From Candidatus Hydrogenedentota bacterium (GTDB taxonomy: Bacteria; Hydrogenedentota; Hydrogenedentia; Hydrogenedentales; SLHB01), in contig BTVY01000034.1 in assembly GCA_045863335.1 (NCBI GenBank), positions 1-64,000 on the forward strand: a stretch of 64,000 nucleotides of DNA, written 5' to 3'. Positions 36,715 through 45,335 of this stretch are shown here, in pieces. The stretch's first letter is position 1; each line of letters begins with the position of its first letter. The notes under the pieces are model-generated. The model saw only the letters and a list, made by a program, of their open reading frames with translations, made no database searches and was not told where the DNA came from. The position numbers and the translations under genes are program-made.

Positions 36715-37185
36715 ATGTTTGGCTCCATAGGTTTTACCGAGATCCTGGTCATCGCCGCGGTCGCGCTCGTGATCCTCGGCCCGGACAAGTTCCCCGGGCA
36801 TGCCAAGATCGCCATGCGTTTCATTCGCGACATCAGAGGCTATTGGGACGAGGCCAAGCGCGACCTCGCCCAGGAACTCAAACCCGTCAAGAAAGAAATT
36901 AAGGAACTCGAGAAGTACAAGCCCGAAGACTATCTCGACACCATGATTACCGATACCGTCCAGGACACCAGCTACGATGGCCAGGGCTATCCCTATTCGT
37001 CCAGCGGCAAGACCACCGAGACGAAACCCGCCGAGCAATCCACGACGGAAGCCGGCGCGTCTGATGACGCCGATGCCGGAACGGAATCGGAGTCGCCGAC
37101 CGATTCCCCCGCTTCCAGCCCGGAAGGCACCCAACCCTACCAACCCGAGTCCGACTACGACGAGTCCCAACGCTTCCCCGATTGA
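36715..37185 (+). CDS. tatB: Twin-arginine translocase TatA/TatB family (TatB-like)
   Basis: IGFTEILVIAAVALVILGPDKFP followed by amphipathic helix and acidic tail. Confidence 0.85.
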   Translation: MFGSIGFTEILVIAAVALVILGPDKFPGHAKIAMRFIRDIRGYWDEAKRDLAQELKPVKKEIKELEKYKPEDYLDTMITDTVQDTSYDGQGYPYSSSGKTTETKPAEQSTTEAGASDDADAGTESESPTDSPASSPEGTQPYQPESDYDESQRFPD

Positions 37186-37278
37186 GGAAAAATGGGGACA
37201 GTTACCTTTTTCCTTCTCCACGCCCGAGTGAGTTACTCAACGATCAAAATGGAAAAAGGTAACTGTCGCCATTTTTCC
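37186..37278. repeat. 28-bp inverted repeat (REPIN/MITE-like)
   Basis: GGAAAAATGGGGACAGTTACCTTTTTCC (37186-37213) and its inverse at 37251-37278 (1 mismatch); partial third copy near 37293-37308. Confidence 0.9.
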
Positions 37279-37441
37279 GCCCCCCGTCTCATCCCGTCCC
37301 CATTTTTCAGTCCACGCACCGAAGTTGACGCGCCCCGCCATCCCTCTTATAGTCAAAGGAACCGTTTTCGCGTCGCGGAAGCTGCGGGACTGCGCCGTTG
37401 CGCATGAGCCAAATGTCCGCGGGAACTGAAGGAGTGAAGCC

Positions 37442-38530
37442 ATGGGTCTCTTTGACAAGCTCCGCGGAGAATTGATCGACATCATCGAGTGGACCGATCC
37501 CACGAACGACACCATGGTCCACCGCTTCGATCGGTACAACAACGAAATCAAGTACGGCGCGAAACTCGTCGTGCGCGAATCCCAGGTCGCGGTGTTCATC
37601 AACGAAGGCAAGCTCGCCGACGTCTTCGAGCCCGGCACCTACACGCTGGAAACGCGGAACCTGCCGATTCTGTCTACCCTCCTCGGGTGGCCCCATGGCT
37701 TCGAAAGCCCCTTCAAGGCCGAGGTCTATTTCGTCAGCACCCGCCAGTTCACGGATCTCAAGTGGGGCACGAAGAATCCCATCATGCTCCGCGATCCCGA
37801 ATTCGGGCCCGTGCGCCTTCGGGCTTTCGGCACCTACTGCGTTCGCGTCATGTTCGCGCCGACTTTCATCAAGGAGATCGTCGGCACCGACGGCCTCTTC
37901 ACGACGGATGAAATCACCGATCAATTGCGAAATCTCATCGTCGCCCGCTTCGCCGACATTCTTGGCGAAAGCAAGATCCCCGTGCTCGACCTTGCCGCGA
38001 ATTACGACGAACTCGGCAAGTTCATCAGTGAAAAAATCTTCGACGATTTCGACTCCTACGGACTGCAAATCACCAAACTCCTGGTCGAGAACATCTCGCT
38101 CCCGCCGGAGGTGGAAGCGGCCCTCGACAAGCGAACCAGCATGGGCGTCATCGGCAATCTCCAGGCCTACACGCAGTACCAGACCGCCAACGCCTTGGAG
38201 AAGGCGGCTGAGAATCCGGGCGGCACGGCTTCCGGAGGTATGGGCCTCGGCATGGGCTTCGCCATGGCCGGACAAATGGGCCAGGCGGCCGCCAGCGCGT
38301 CCCAAGCCCCCCCGCCGGTACCGCAAACGGCGAGCTACTATGTCGCTGTTGACGGCCAGCAAACGGGCCCCTTCGACGCCATGACCTTGAAACAGCAGAT
38401 CCAAAGCGGCCGGCTCACGCCCCAGTCCCTCGTCTGGACTGAAGGCATGGCCCAATGGACCGCCGCCAACGACGTGCCCGACGTAGCCAAACTCTTCGGC
38501 GCCACGCCGCCGCCCGTGCCCCCGCAGTAA
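37442..38530 (+). CDS. SPFH/band-7 (YdjI-like) protein with C-terminal GYF_2 domain
   Basis: LVVRESQVAVF..EG, PFKAEVYF, KWGTKNPI, ENISLPPEV; QQTGPF...LVWTEGMAQW. Confidence 0.88.
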   Translation: MGLFDKLRGELIDIIEWTDPTNDTMVHRFDRYNNEIKYGAKLVVRESQVAVFINEGKLADVFEPGTYTLETRNLPILSTLLGWPHGFESPFKAEVYFVSTRQFTDLKWGTKNPIMLRDPEFGPVRLRAFGTYCVRVMFAPTFIKEIVGTDGLFTTDEITDQLRNLIVARFADILGESKIPVLDLAANYDELGKFISEKIFDDFDSYGLQITKLLVENISLPPEVEAALDKRTSMGVIGNLQAYTQYQTANALEKAAENPGGTASGGMGLGMGFAMAGQMGQAAASASQAPPPVPQTASYYVAVDGQQTGPFDAMTLKQQIQSGRLTPQSLVWTEGMAQWTAANDVPDVAKLFGATPPPVPPQ

Positions 38531-38636
38531 CGAGGATCGGCGAGTTGGTGCATGAGGAGTCATATATATCCGCGAAAAAAGGGGTTGCAGTCTCGTGACT
38601 TCAGTCGATTCACACTGCGGCCGCGGAGCCGCACCA

Positions 38637-38930
38637 AGAACATCCCCCTCGATCCCCCTTCAAAGGGGGAATAAATCCCGCCCTCATCGCGGCGCGGGTG
38701 GGCATACCGAAATACTCGGACCGAAGCAGATTACCGTGTCCAACCCCTTTACTGACGTTCGCGCAACTCCCCCTTTGAAGGGGGATCAAGGAGGATGTCG
38801 TGTTCGCCGCCTACTGTGCGGCACGCAAGTGTTGACTGGCGATCGCAGAATCGGCCGAGCGACTTCATACCAACCTACGATTGAGCTTCGCGCAACTCCC
38901 CCTTTGAAGGGGGATCAAGGGGGATGTTCT
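38637..38930. repeat. Cluster of three CCCCCTTCAAAGGGGG palindromic repeats
   Basis: 38637-38671 in one orientation; 38758-38798 and 38887-38930 in the other; family recurs at 62663-62893. Confidence 0.9.
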
Positions 38931-38959
38931 TCCGGAGTCGCGTTTCTTTGGGGCCGCTC

Positions 38960-40051
38960 ATGACGCAGACCATGTTCCCCTGTGCGCAGTGCGGCGCCAA
39001 TCTCCAGTTTCAGCCAGGCGCCAACGCCCAGATTTGCCCCTATTGTGGACACGAAAACCCCATCGAGGTCGAGTTCGCCCACGCCGAGGAAATGGATTAC
39101 GAGGCCTTCCTCCGCAACGCCATCGGCCGCGAAGAGATCGTGGAAACCATCACGATCAAATGCGAATCCTGCGGCGCGGAATCGTCGAAGCAGGAAAACG
39201 TCACCTCCGGGCAATGCCCCTTTTGCGGCGCGAACATCGTCGCCACGGGGAGTTCCACCAAGCTCCTGAAGCCGAAATCACTGCTCCCCTTCCACGTCAC
39301 GACGCAGCAAGCGCGCGATCTGTTCAAGAAGTGGATTCGAAGTCTCTGGTTCGCGCCGAACGCCCTCAAAAAACTCGCGCGACAGGACAGCCCCATCAAC
39401 GGCATGTACACGCCGTACTGGACCTACGACTCGTTTGTCACTACTCATTACCGGGGCCAGCGCGGCGACGACTACTGGACCACGGAAACCTACACGACCA
39501 CGGTCAACGGCCGGCGGCAAACACAAACCCGGCAGGTGCGCCGTACCCGCTGGCGCTCCGTGAGCGGCACGGTGCAGAACAGCTTTGACGACGTGCTGGT
39601 CGTCGCGAGCCACTCGTTGCCGCGCCAATACGCGGAGAAACTGGAACCCTGGGACTTGCAGAATCTCGTTCCCTACAAGGACGAGTTCCTGAGCGGGTTC
39701 CGCGCGGAGAGTTACCAGGTGGATTTACCCGAAGGCTTTGTGCGCGCCAAACAGCTCATGGAACCCACGATCCACGCCACCATCCGCCAGGACATCGGCG
39801 GCGACCACCAGCGCATCAGCTCGACCCAGAGCCGCTACGACAACATCACCTTCAAACACATCCTCCTGCCCGTCTGGATTAGCGCCTATCGCTATCGCGG
39901 CAAAGTTTACCGTTTCCTCGTCAACGCCCGCACCGGCGAGGTGCAAGGCGAACGCCCCTGGAGTTGGGTCAAGATCGCGCTGGCCATCATCGTGGCCACG
40001 CCGATCGTCATCGGAATCATCTACGCGCTCATGCACCTCGAAGGTGGCTGA
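38960..40051 (+). CDS. Multi-Zn-ribbon membrane-anchored protein (YdjG-like)
   Basis: Four CxxC pairs, YTPYWTYD, LLPVW, VNARTGEVQGERP, C-terminal TM; usual SPFH partner. Confidence 0.82.
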   Translation: MTQTMFPCAQCGANLQFQPGANAQICPYCGHENPIEVEFAHAEEMDYEAFLRNAIGREEIVETITIKCESCGAESSKQENVTSGQCPFCGANIVATGSSTKLLKPKSLLPFHVTTQQARDLFKKWIRSLWFAPNALKKLARQDSPINGMYTPYWTYDSFVTTHYRGQRGDDYWTTETYTTTVNGRRQTQTRQVRRTRWRSVSGTVQNSFDDVLVVASHSLPRQYAEKLEPWDLQNLVPYKDEFLSGFRAESYQVDLPEGFVRAKQLMEPTIHATIRQDIGGDHQRISSTQSRYDNITFKHILLPVWISAYRYRGKVYRFLVNARTGEVQGERPWSWVKIALAIIVATPIVIGIIYALMHLEGG

Positions 40052-40076
40052 ATCATCGAACACAGGATTCTCGGCA

Positions 40077-41192
40077 ATGAACACCGCAACACACGCCTAC
40101 ACCGGCACCGCCCACCAACTCCGCTCGTACATCGCCCCTGCATGTCCGGCGACACGGACGCCGTGCGATGGCACGGAATCGAGCTTGCGCATTGAGTTCG
40201 GGTTTACCCCGCGCTGGTATCGCGAATCTTGCCACATTGACTTCTCGGAACCCTGGCACCTCGACCCCCTGGCCCGCCACAAGACTGTCGTACGCATGCG
40301 CAGGGAACTGAACCGGCGTTTCCCGGCGCTCCAACTGGGCGGCCCCGACCCGGACGCGACGACGGCCACTATCGACGGCGTCCACGGCGCTCTGACGGTC
40401 GCGATGGTCTTCGGAATCGGCGCGGACTACTATCCCGACAACTGGCCCGCGGCGCAGCACAATTATCTGAGTGTGGATGCCATCGCGGCGCTCTCCCCGC
40501 CAGATCTGACCAAGGCTCCCGTGATGGCGCAAATCCTCGAACAGATGGACGTCATTGAACGGGAGTTCGGCCGCATCGAAGGCTATCTCAATTGGCAAGG
40601 CGTACTGAACAACGCGTTCCGCATCCGCGGCCCGGAGATCTTCTCGGACCTCATGACGGACCCGGACCTCGCCAGCCACCTCTTCGAGGTCATCACAAGC
40701 ACCATGATTGCCGGCATGCGCCTCATTTACGAACGCCAGGCGCGTGCCGGTGTCATCGTCCGCCACGCAACCCTGAGCAATTGCGTGGTCAACATGGTGT
40801 CGCCCGACCTCTATCGCGAACACATTTTCCCTTGGGACGAAGCCATCTCACAAGCCTTCGATCACTTCGGCATCCACAACTGCGCATGGAACGTGGATCC
40901 CTATATCGAGGATTACGCGCGCATCGAGAAACTGGGATACGTGGACATGGGCATCATGTCCGATTTGGCGAGGGCAAAGCGCCTCTGCCCCAACGCGCGC
41001 CGCGCGGTCATGTACACACCGACCGATCTCGTGAACAAGCCGGTCGACGAACTGCGCGCCGACCTCGCGCGAATCTACAAAGAACTCGGCCCCTGCGACG
41101 TGGTCATGGCCGACATCGACGCCGGCACCCCCGACGAACGCGTCCTCGAATTCGCGAAGATAGCCGAAGAAGTGCAGTCTTCCGTCCTATAA
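40077..41192 (+). CDS. URO-D/CIMS-like (MtaA/CmuA-type) protein
   Basis: NNAFRIRGPEIFSDL, NMVSPDLYREHIFP, IHNC putative Zn motif, GTPDERV. Confidence 0.65.
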   Translation: MNTATHAYTGTAHQLRSYIAPACPATRTPCDGTESSLRIEFGFTPRWYRESCHIDFSEPWHLDPLARHKTVVRMRRELNRRFPALQLGGPDPDATTATIDGVHGALTVAMVFGIGADYYPDNWPAAQHNYLSVDAIAALSPPDLTKAPVMAQILEQMDVIEREFGRIEGYLNWQGVLNNAFRIRGPEIFSDLMTDPDLASHLFEVITSTMIAGMRLIYERQARAGVIVRHATLSNCVVNMVSPDLYREHIFPWDEAISQAFDHFGIHNCAWNVDPYIEDYARIEKLGYVDMGIMSDLARAKRLCPNARRAVMYTPTDLVNKPVDELRADLARIYKELGPCDVVMADIDAGTPDERVLEFAKIAEEVQSSVL

Positions 41193-41218
41193 GTCCCATA
41201 CGTCCTGTAGGTCCTATC
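41183..41218. repeat. 9-bp tandem array (nGTCCTATn), overlapping the stop codon
   Basis: CGTCCTATA AGTCCCATA CGTCCTGTA GGTCCTATC. Confidence 0.85.
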
Positions 41219-41244
41219 AAGAATAGAAAGCGAACCTCGCCCCC

Positions 41245-41883
41245 ATGAAGAAAGCTATCCTCTGGGACAACGATGGCGTCCTGGTCGACACCGAGCACCT
41301 CTACTTCCAGGCGACGCGCGAAGTCCTCGCGCCCGTCGGCGTGGACCTGACCGAAGACCTCTACCGCGAACTGCTCCTCGTACAGGCCAAAGGCGCCTGG
41401 CATCTCGCCGCGGAACGAGGCGTATCCGGGGATGAGATCGCCGCGCTGAAGCAGGCCCGCAATGCCCGCTATGCCGAGTTGCTGGAAACCGAGCCCATCC
41501 TGCTCCCGGAATCCTACGAGACCTTGCGCGCGCTCCACGGCCGCTTTCGCATGGGGATCGTGACCAGTTCCCGCCGGGATCATTTCGATATCATCCACCG
41601 CCGCACCGGCATGCTCGATTTGGTTGAATTCACCGTCGCCAGCGGCGACTATACACGCTCGAAACCGGATCCGGAACCGTACCTCGTGGCCCTGGAACGG
41701 CTGGGACTTCCCGCGGCGGACTGTGTCGTTGTAGAGGATTCCCTCCGGGGCCTCACGGCGGCACGGGCGGCGGGCATTGACTGCTACGTCGTGCCGACGC
41801 CCCTGACGCGCGATAGCGACTTTGTCGGCGCGGTAAAAGTTCTGAGCCGGGTTCCAGAGATCATCGGCGAACTGACCGCGTGA
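41245..41883 (+). CDS. HAD family IA phosphatase
   Basis: DNDGVLVDT, VTSS, KPDP, VEDS. Confidence 0.92.
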   Translation: MKKAILWDNDGVLVDTEHLYFQATREVLAPVGVDLTEDLYRELLLVQAKGAWHLAAERGVSGDEIAALKQARNARYAELLETEPILLPESYETLRALHGRFRMGIVTSSRRDHFDIIHRRTGMLDLVEFTVASGDYTRSKPDPEPYLVALERLGLPAADCVVVEDSLRGLTAARAAGIDCYVVPTPLTRDSDFVGAVKVLSRVPEIIGELTA

Positions 41884-41919
41884 GAGCGCGGCACGAGCAA
41901 ACACGGAAGGATTGCACAC

Positions 41920-42801
41920 GTGACTGACCAGAAACCCATCCTCGGGGTCATTGGCGGCAGCGGCGTATACGACATCGCCGAATTGGAGAACAAGCGCTGG
42001 CAACGTGTTGAATCGCCCTTCGGCGAGCCTTCGGATGAACTTCTCTTCGGCGAATATGAAGGGGAAACGTTAGTCTTCTTGCCCCGCCACGGACGCGGCC
42101 ACAAGATTCCGCCAACCGAGATCAACTTCCGCGCGAACATCGACGCCATGAAACGCGTGGGCGTCACGCAGATCCTTTCCGTCAGCGCAGTCGGCTCTCT
42201 TAAGGAAAACCTCCACCCCGGCGACTTTGTCATCGTGGATCAGTTTATCGATCGCACCTTCGCGCGGAACAAGAGTTTCTTCGGCACGGGCATGGTCGCC
42301 CACGTCTCCATGGCCCATCCCGTTTGTTCCCATCTCGGCGACTGTGTCGAGGCAGCCGCGAAGGATTTGCCCGTGAAGACGGAGCGCGGCGGCACCTATC
42401 TCGTCATGGAAGGTCCCCAATTCTCCTCCATGGCCGAATCGCATTTGTACCGCCAGTGGAATTGTGACGTCATCGGCATGACCAACATGCCCGAAGCCAA
42501 GCTGGCCCGCGAAGCGGAAATCTGCTACGCCACGGTCGCCATGGTCACGGACTACGACTGCTGGCATCCCGATCACGACCACGTCACGGTCGAGCAGATC
42601 ATTGGCGTCCTGCGGTCGAACGCGGACCATGCGCGCGCGCTGATCAAGGCGCTCGTCGCGGAATTGAAACGGACGCGGAAGACTTGCGGGCAGGGCTGCC
42701 AGACGGCGCTCGAATACGCGCTGATCACCGCCCCGGACGCCCGCGATCCCGAAGTCTTGCGGCGACTGGACGCCGTGGCGGGCCGCATGATAAACAAGTA
42801 G
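41920..42801 (+). CDS. mtnP: S-methyl-5'-thioadenosine phosphorylase
   Basis: GVIGGSG, RHGRGH, DQFIDRT, EGPQFS, IGMTNMPEAKLAREAE, TDYDCW. Confidence 0.95.
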   Translation: MTDQKPILGVIGGSGVYDIAELENKRWQRVESPFGEPSDELLFGEYEGETLVFLPRHGRGHKIPPTEINFRANIDAMKRVGVTQILSVSAVGSLKENLHPGDFVIVDQFIDRTFARNKSFFGTGMVAHVSMAHPVCSHLGDCVEAAAKDLPVKTERGGTYLVMEGPQFSSMAESHLYRQWNCDVIGMTNMPEAKLAREAEICYATVAMVTDYDCWHPDHDHVTVEQIIGVLRSNADHARALIKALVAELKRTRKTCGQGCQTALEYALITAPDARDPEVLRRLDAVAGRMINK

Positions 42802-42847
42802 TCACGTGCCACCGTGGGGGTGGCGGCAAGGTTGGAATGGCAGAACG

Positions 42848-43291
42848 ATGTGCGCGGCAAACCCTAAAGATTCGTGTATCTTCTGCGCCATACTCCGGGG
42901 CGAAGCGCCCGCGACGATGGTCTACCAGGACGAGCATGTCGCCGCGTTCATGGATATCCGCCCCGTCAATCCCGGCCATGTCCTCGTCATCCCCCGGGTG
43001 CATGCGCCCCACCTCGCGGACCTTCCGCCGGGTATCGGCGGTCAACTATTTGAAACCGGCATGCGCGCGGCCGCCGCGCTTCGCCGCAGCGGGGTTCGTG
43101 CCGAAGGCATCAACCTCTTTCTGGCCGACGGCGAAGCCGCCATGCAGGAAGTGTTTCACGCGCATTTGCACGTCATTCCGCGCTACGCGGAAGATGGTTT
43201 CGGACTCGTCTTTGCGGAACACTACTACCAGGAAACGCCGCGCGCGGATCTCGAAGCCGCCTGCCAACGAATCGTCGCAGTTTGGGAATAG
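42848..43291 (+). CDS. HIT family hydrolase
   Basis: CIFC, DIRP..PGHVLVIP, HAHLHVIPR. Confidence 0.93.
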   Translation: MCAANPKDSCIFCAILRGEAPATMVYQDEHVAAFMDIRPVNPGHVLVIPRVHAPHLADLPPGIGGQLFETGMRAAAALRRSGVRAEGINLFLADGEAAMQEVFHAHLHVIPRYAEDGFGLVFAEHYYQETPRADLEAACQRIVAVWE

Positions 43292-43292
43292 T

Positions 43293-45029
43293 ATGAGAAT
43301 CCCACGTATGGCGCCCCTGGCGATCGTGTGTATTGGCGTGGTCGCCGCGCTCGCGGATTCATCGGCCCCGCCGGTCGCCGCGTTCGAGCCGGACTCCCCG
43401 TTCCATGCGTTCCTCTCGAACGGAATCGCGAATCCGACGCCGGCGGCCGATCCGGCGCTTGGTAACTACGTGGGTATTGTCGATCGCGGGGACGACGCGC
43501 TCCTCTTGCGCATCCATCTCATCAGGGCCGCCCGCCACAGTATCGATATTCAAACCTACATCTGGACCAACGACGAATGCGCGCGGATCGTCCTGTACGA
43601 ACTGCTTCAGGCCGCCCAACGCGGCGTCAAGGTCCGCATCCTCGTCGACCACATGGGCGCCCACAAGGATCCGGGGCAACTCGCCTTCATCACCAGTCTG
43701 CATCCGAACATTTCGATCAAACTTTACCGGCCCGTCGGCGGCCTCGGGAATCCGCATCTGCCGCACATTCTCGTGGACCTCCTCATTCCGTCCGGCAGTA
43801 ATCAACGAATGCACATCAAGACGTTTATTGTCGACGGCACCCTGGGCATTACGGGCGGGCGCAATATCGGAAACAACTACTTCAACTATTCCCTCGGCTA
43901 CAACTTCAAAGACCGCGACGCGTATGTCCTCGGCCCCGCAACCGGCGGCATGAAAGACTCGTTCGACGCGTATTGGAATGCGCCCCAGGCCGTGCCCACG
44001 CGGGATTTGCGCGACATCGCCAAACACATCGGAAACGGCATCGATCGTGAGATTCCCGGCCACGATCGGATCTACTTCAACGAGCATTTCCGCGCGTTCG
44101 ACGATCGGGCCAACGATCCCGGCGAGATCCGGCGCGTCTTTATCGATACGATGCGCCCCGTCGACCGCGTCACTTACGTGGCCGATGCGCCGGGACGGAA
44201 GAACCGCCGGCTCTACTGCAACCGCTGGAACAACGGCGTCGTGACAAACGCGATGATGGACCTCTTTTCCGGCGCGAACTCGTCGGTATTGATCCAGAGT
44301 CCCTACGTCATCGTTAACCGGCGCCTGGCCAACTTCTTCCAGGATCTCGATGACGAGAATCCCGACCTGCGAATCCGCATCTCGACAAACAGTTACGGCG
44401 CAGCCGATCACCTGATTACCTACGCCACGAACTACCGTCTGCGTCCGCGCGTCGTATTGAACCACGGCATGGAAGTCTTCGAGTACAAGCCCTACCCGCA
44501 GGACCTCTTCGAGTTTCTGCCGAACGCCGCCGATCTCGCGGCCCGCGCCAAAGCCGAAGGAATCGACCGCCAACCCTATCTCAGCATTCACGCCAAAACC
44601 TTCGTCTTTGACAGCGACACGGTATTCGTCGGCACCTTCAACCTCGACCCCCGGTCCTTCTACCTCAACAGCGAAGGCGGACTCATCATCCAGGACGACG
44701 GCGTTGCCTCTGCCGTGCGCGAAAGCATCCTGCGGGACATGTCGCCCGACAACAGTTGGACCATCGCCAGGAACGAGTTGCCGCTCTTTCCCATCAACCG
44801 CACCTTCGAGCGCCTCGCCGCCCGCGCGCCCATCGACTTCTGGCCCATCCGCACCACCAGCGGGTTCGAACTGCGTCCTGGTTTCGAGCCCATCTCATCG
44901 GAGGATCCGGACTTCTACGAACACTACCGCGATCTCGGTAACTTCCCCGGCGGCGAAGGGCCCTCCCGCGCAAAGTTCATCGTGCGTTTCCTGAAAGTCT
45001 TCGGCAAACCCACCACGCCGTTTCTCTGA
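43293..45029 (+). CDS. Phospholipase D / cardiolipin-synthase-like protein with signal peptide
   Basis: Two HKD motifs: RMHIKTFIVDG...GGRNI and IHAKTFVFD...GTFNLDPRS. Confidence 0.9.
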   Translation: MRIPRMAPLAIVCIGVVAALADSSAPPVAAFEPDSPFHAFLSNGIANPTPAADPALGNYVGIVDRGDDALLLRIHLIRAARHSIDIQTYIWTNDECARIVLYELLQAAQRGVKVRILVDHMGAHKDPGQLAFITSLHPNISIKLYRPVGGLGNPHLPHILVDLLIPSGSNQRMHIKTFIVDGTLGITGGRNIGNNYFNYSLGYNFKDRDAYVLGPATGGMKDSFDAYWNAPQAVPTRDLRDIAKHIGNGIDREIPGHDRIYFNEHFRAFDDRANDPGEIRRVFIDTMRPVDRVTYVADAPGRKNRRLYCNRWNNGVVTNAMMDLFSGANSSVLIQSPYVIVNRRLANFFQDLDDENPDLRIRISTNSYGAADHLITYATNYRLRPRVVLNHGMEVFEYKPYPQDLFEFLPNAADLAARAKAEGIDRQPYLSIHAKTFVFDSDTVFVGTFNLDPRSFYLNSEGGLIIQDDGVASAVRESILRDMSPDNSWTIARNELPLFPINRTFERLAARAPIDFWPIRTTSGFELRPGFEPISSEDPDFYEHYRDLGNFPGGEGPSRAKFIVRFLKVFGKPTTPFL

Positions 45030-45335
45030 TCGCTTTCCACGGCCCTCTACCACGGTCGGCGTCTCACGCTCTCTTCGTCCGTGTCTGTCCGTGCAGGTCC
45101 GTGTTCTCCCAGCCCAACCAACCCGACACCCATCCCAACCAGCCCGATACCCCACACAACCCCCGCTTGTCCCTACTCAACACACCATTGATCGCGGCAA
45201 TTTTCCGTGAAATATGCATTGAAATCGGTGTGTTCAAAGAACAAAATGCCGCATGTTTTTGTGGTAAACTGCTGTCGTCCACGCGACGCAACGTGCGTTC
45301 GCGCAGCGTAAACAACCCCGGCAATTCAGGTAGGT

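Noticed and set aside
38637-38930. Repeat-spacer pattern as a CRISPR array
   Set aside because: Only three units, mixed orientation, ~90-nt spacers, no cas genes, and the family is dispersed elsewhere
45246-45311. Short Cys-containing ORF (MPHVFVVNCCRPRDATCVRAA) or SAM riboswitch upstream of metH
   Set aside because: No RBS, the ORF spans a likely extended -10 (TGGTAAACT), and no SAM-I/II/SAH consensus is visible
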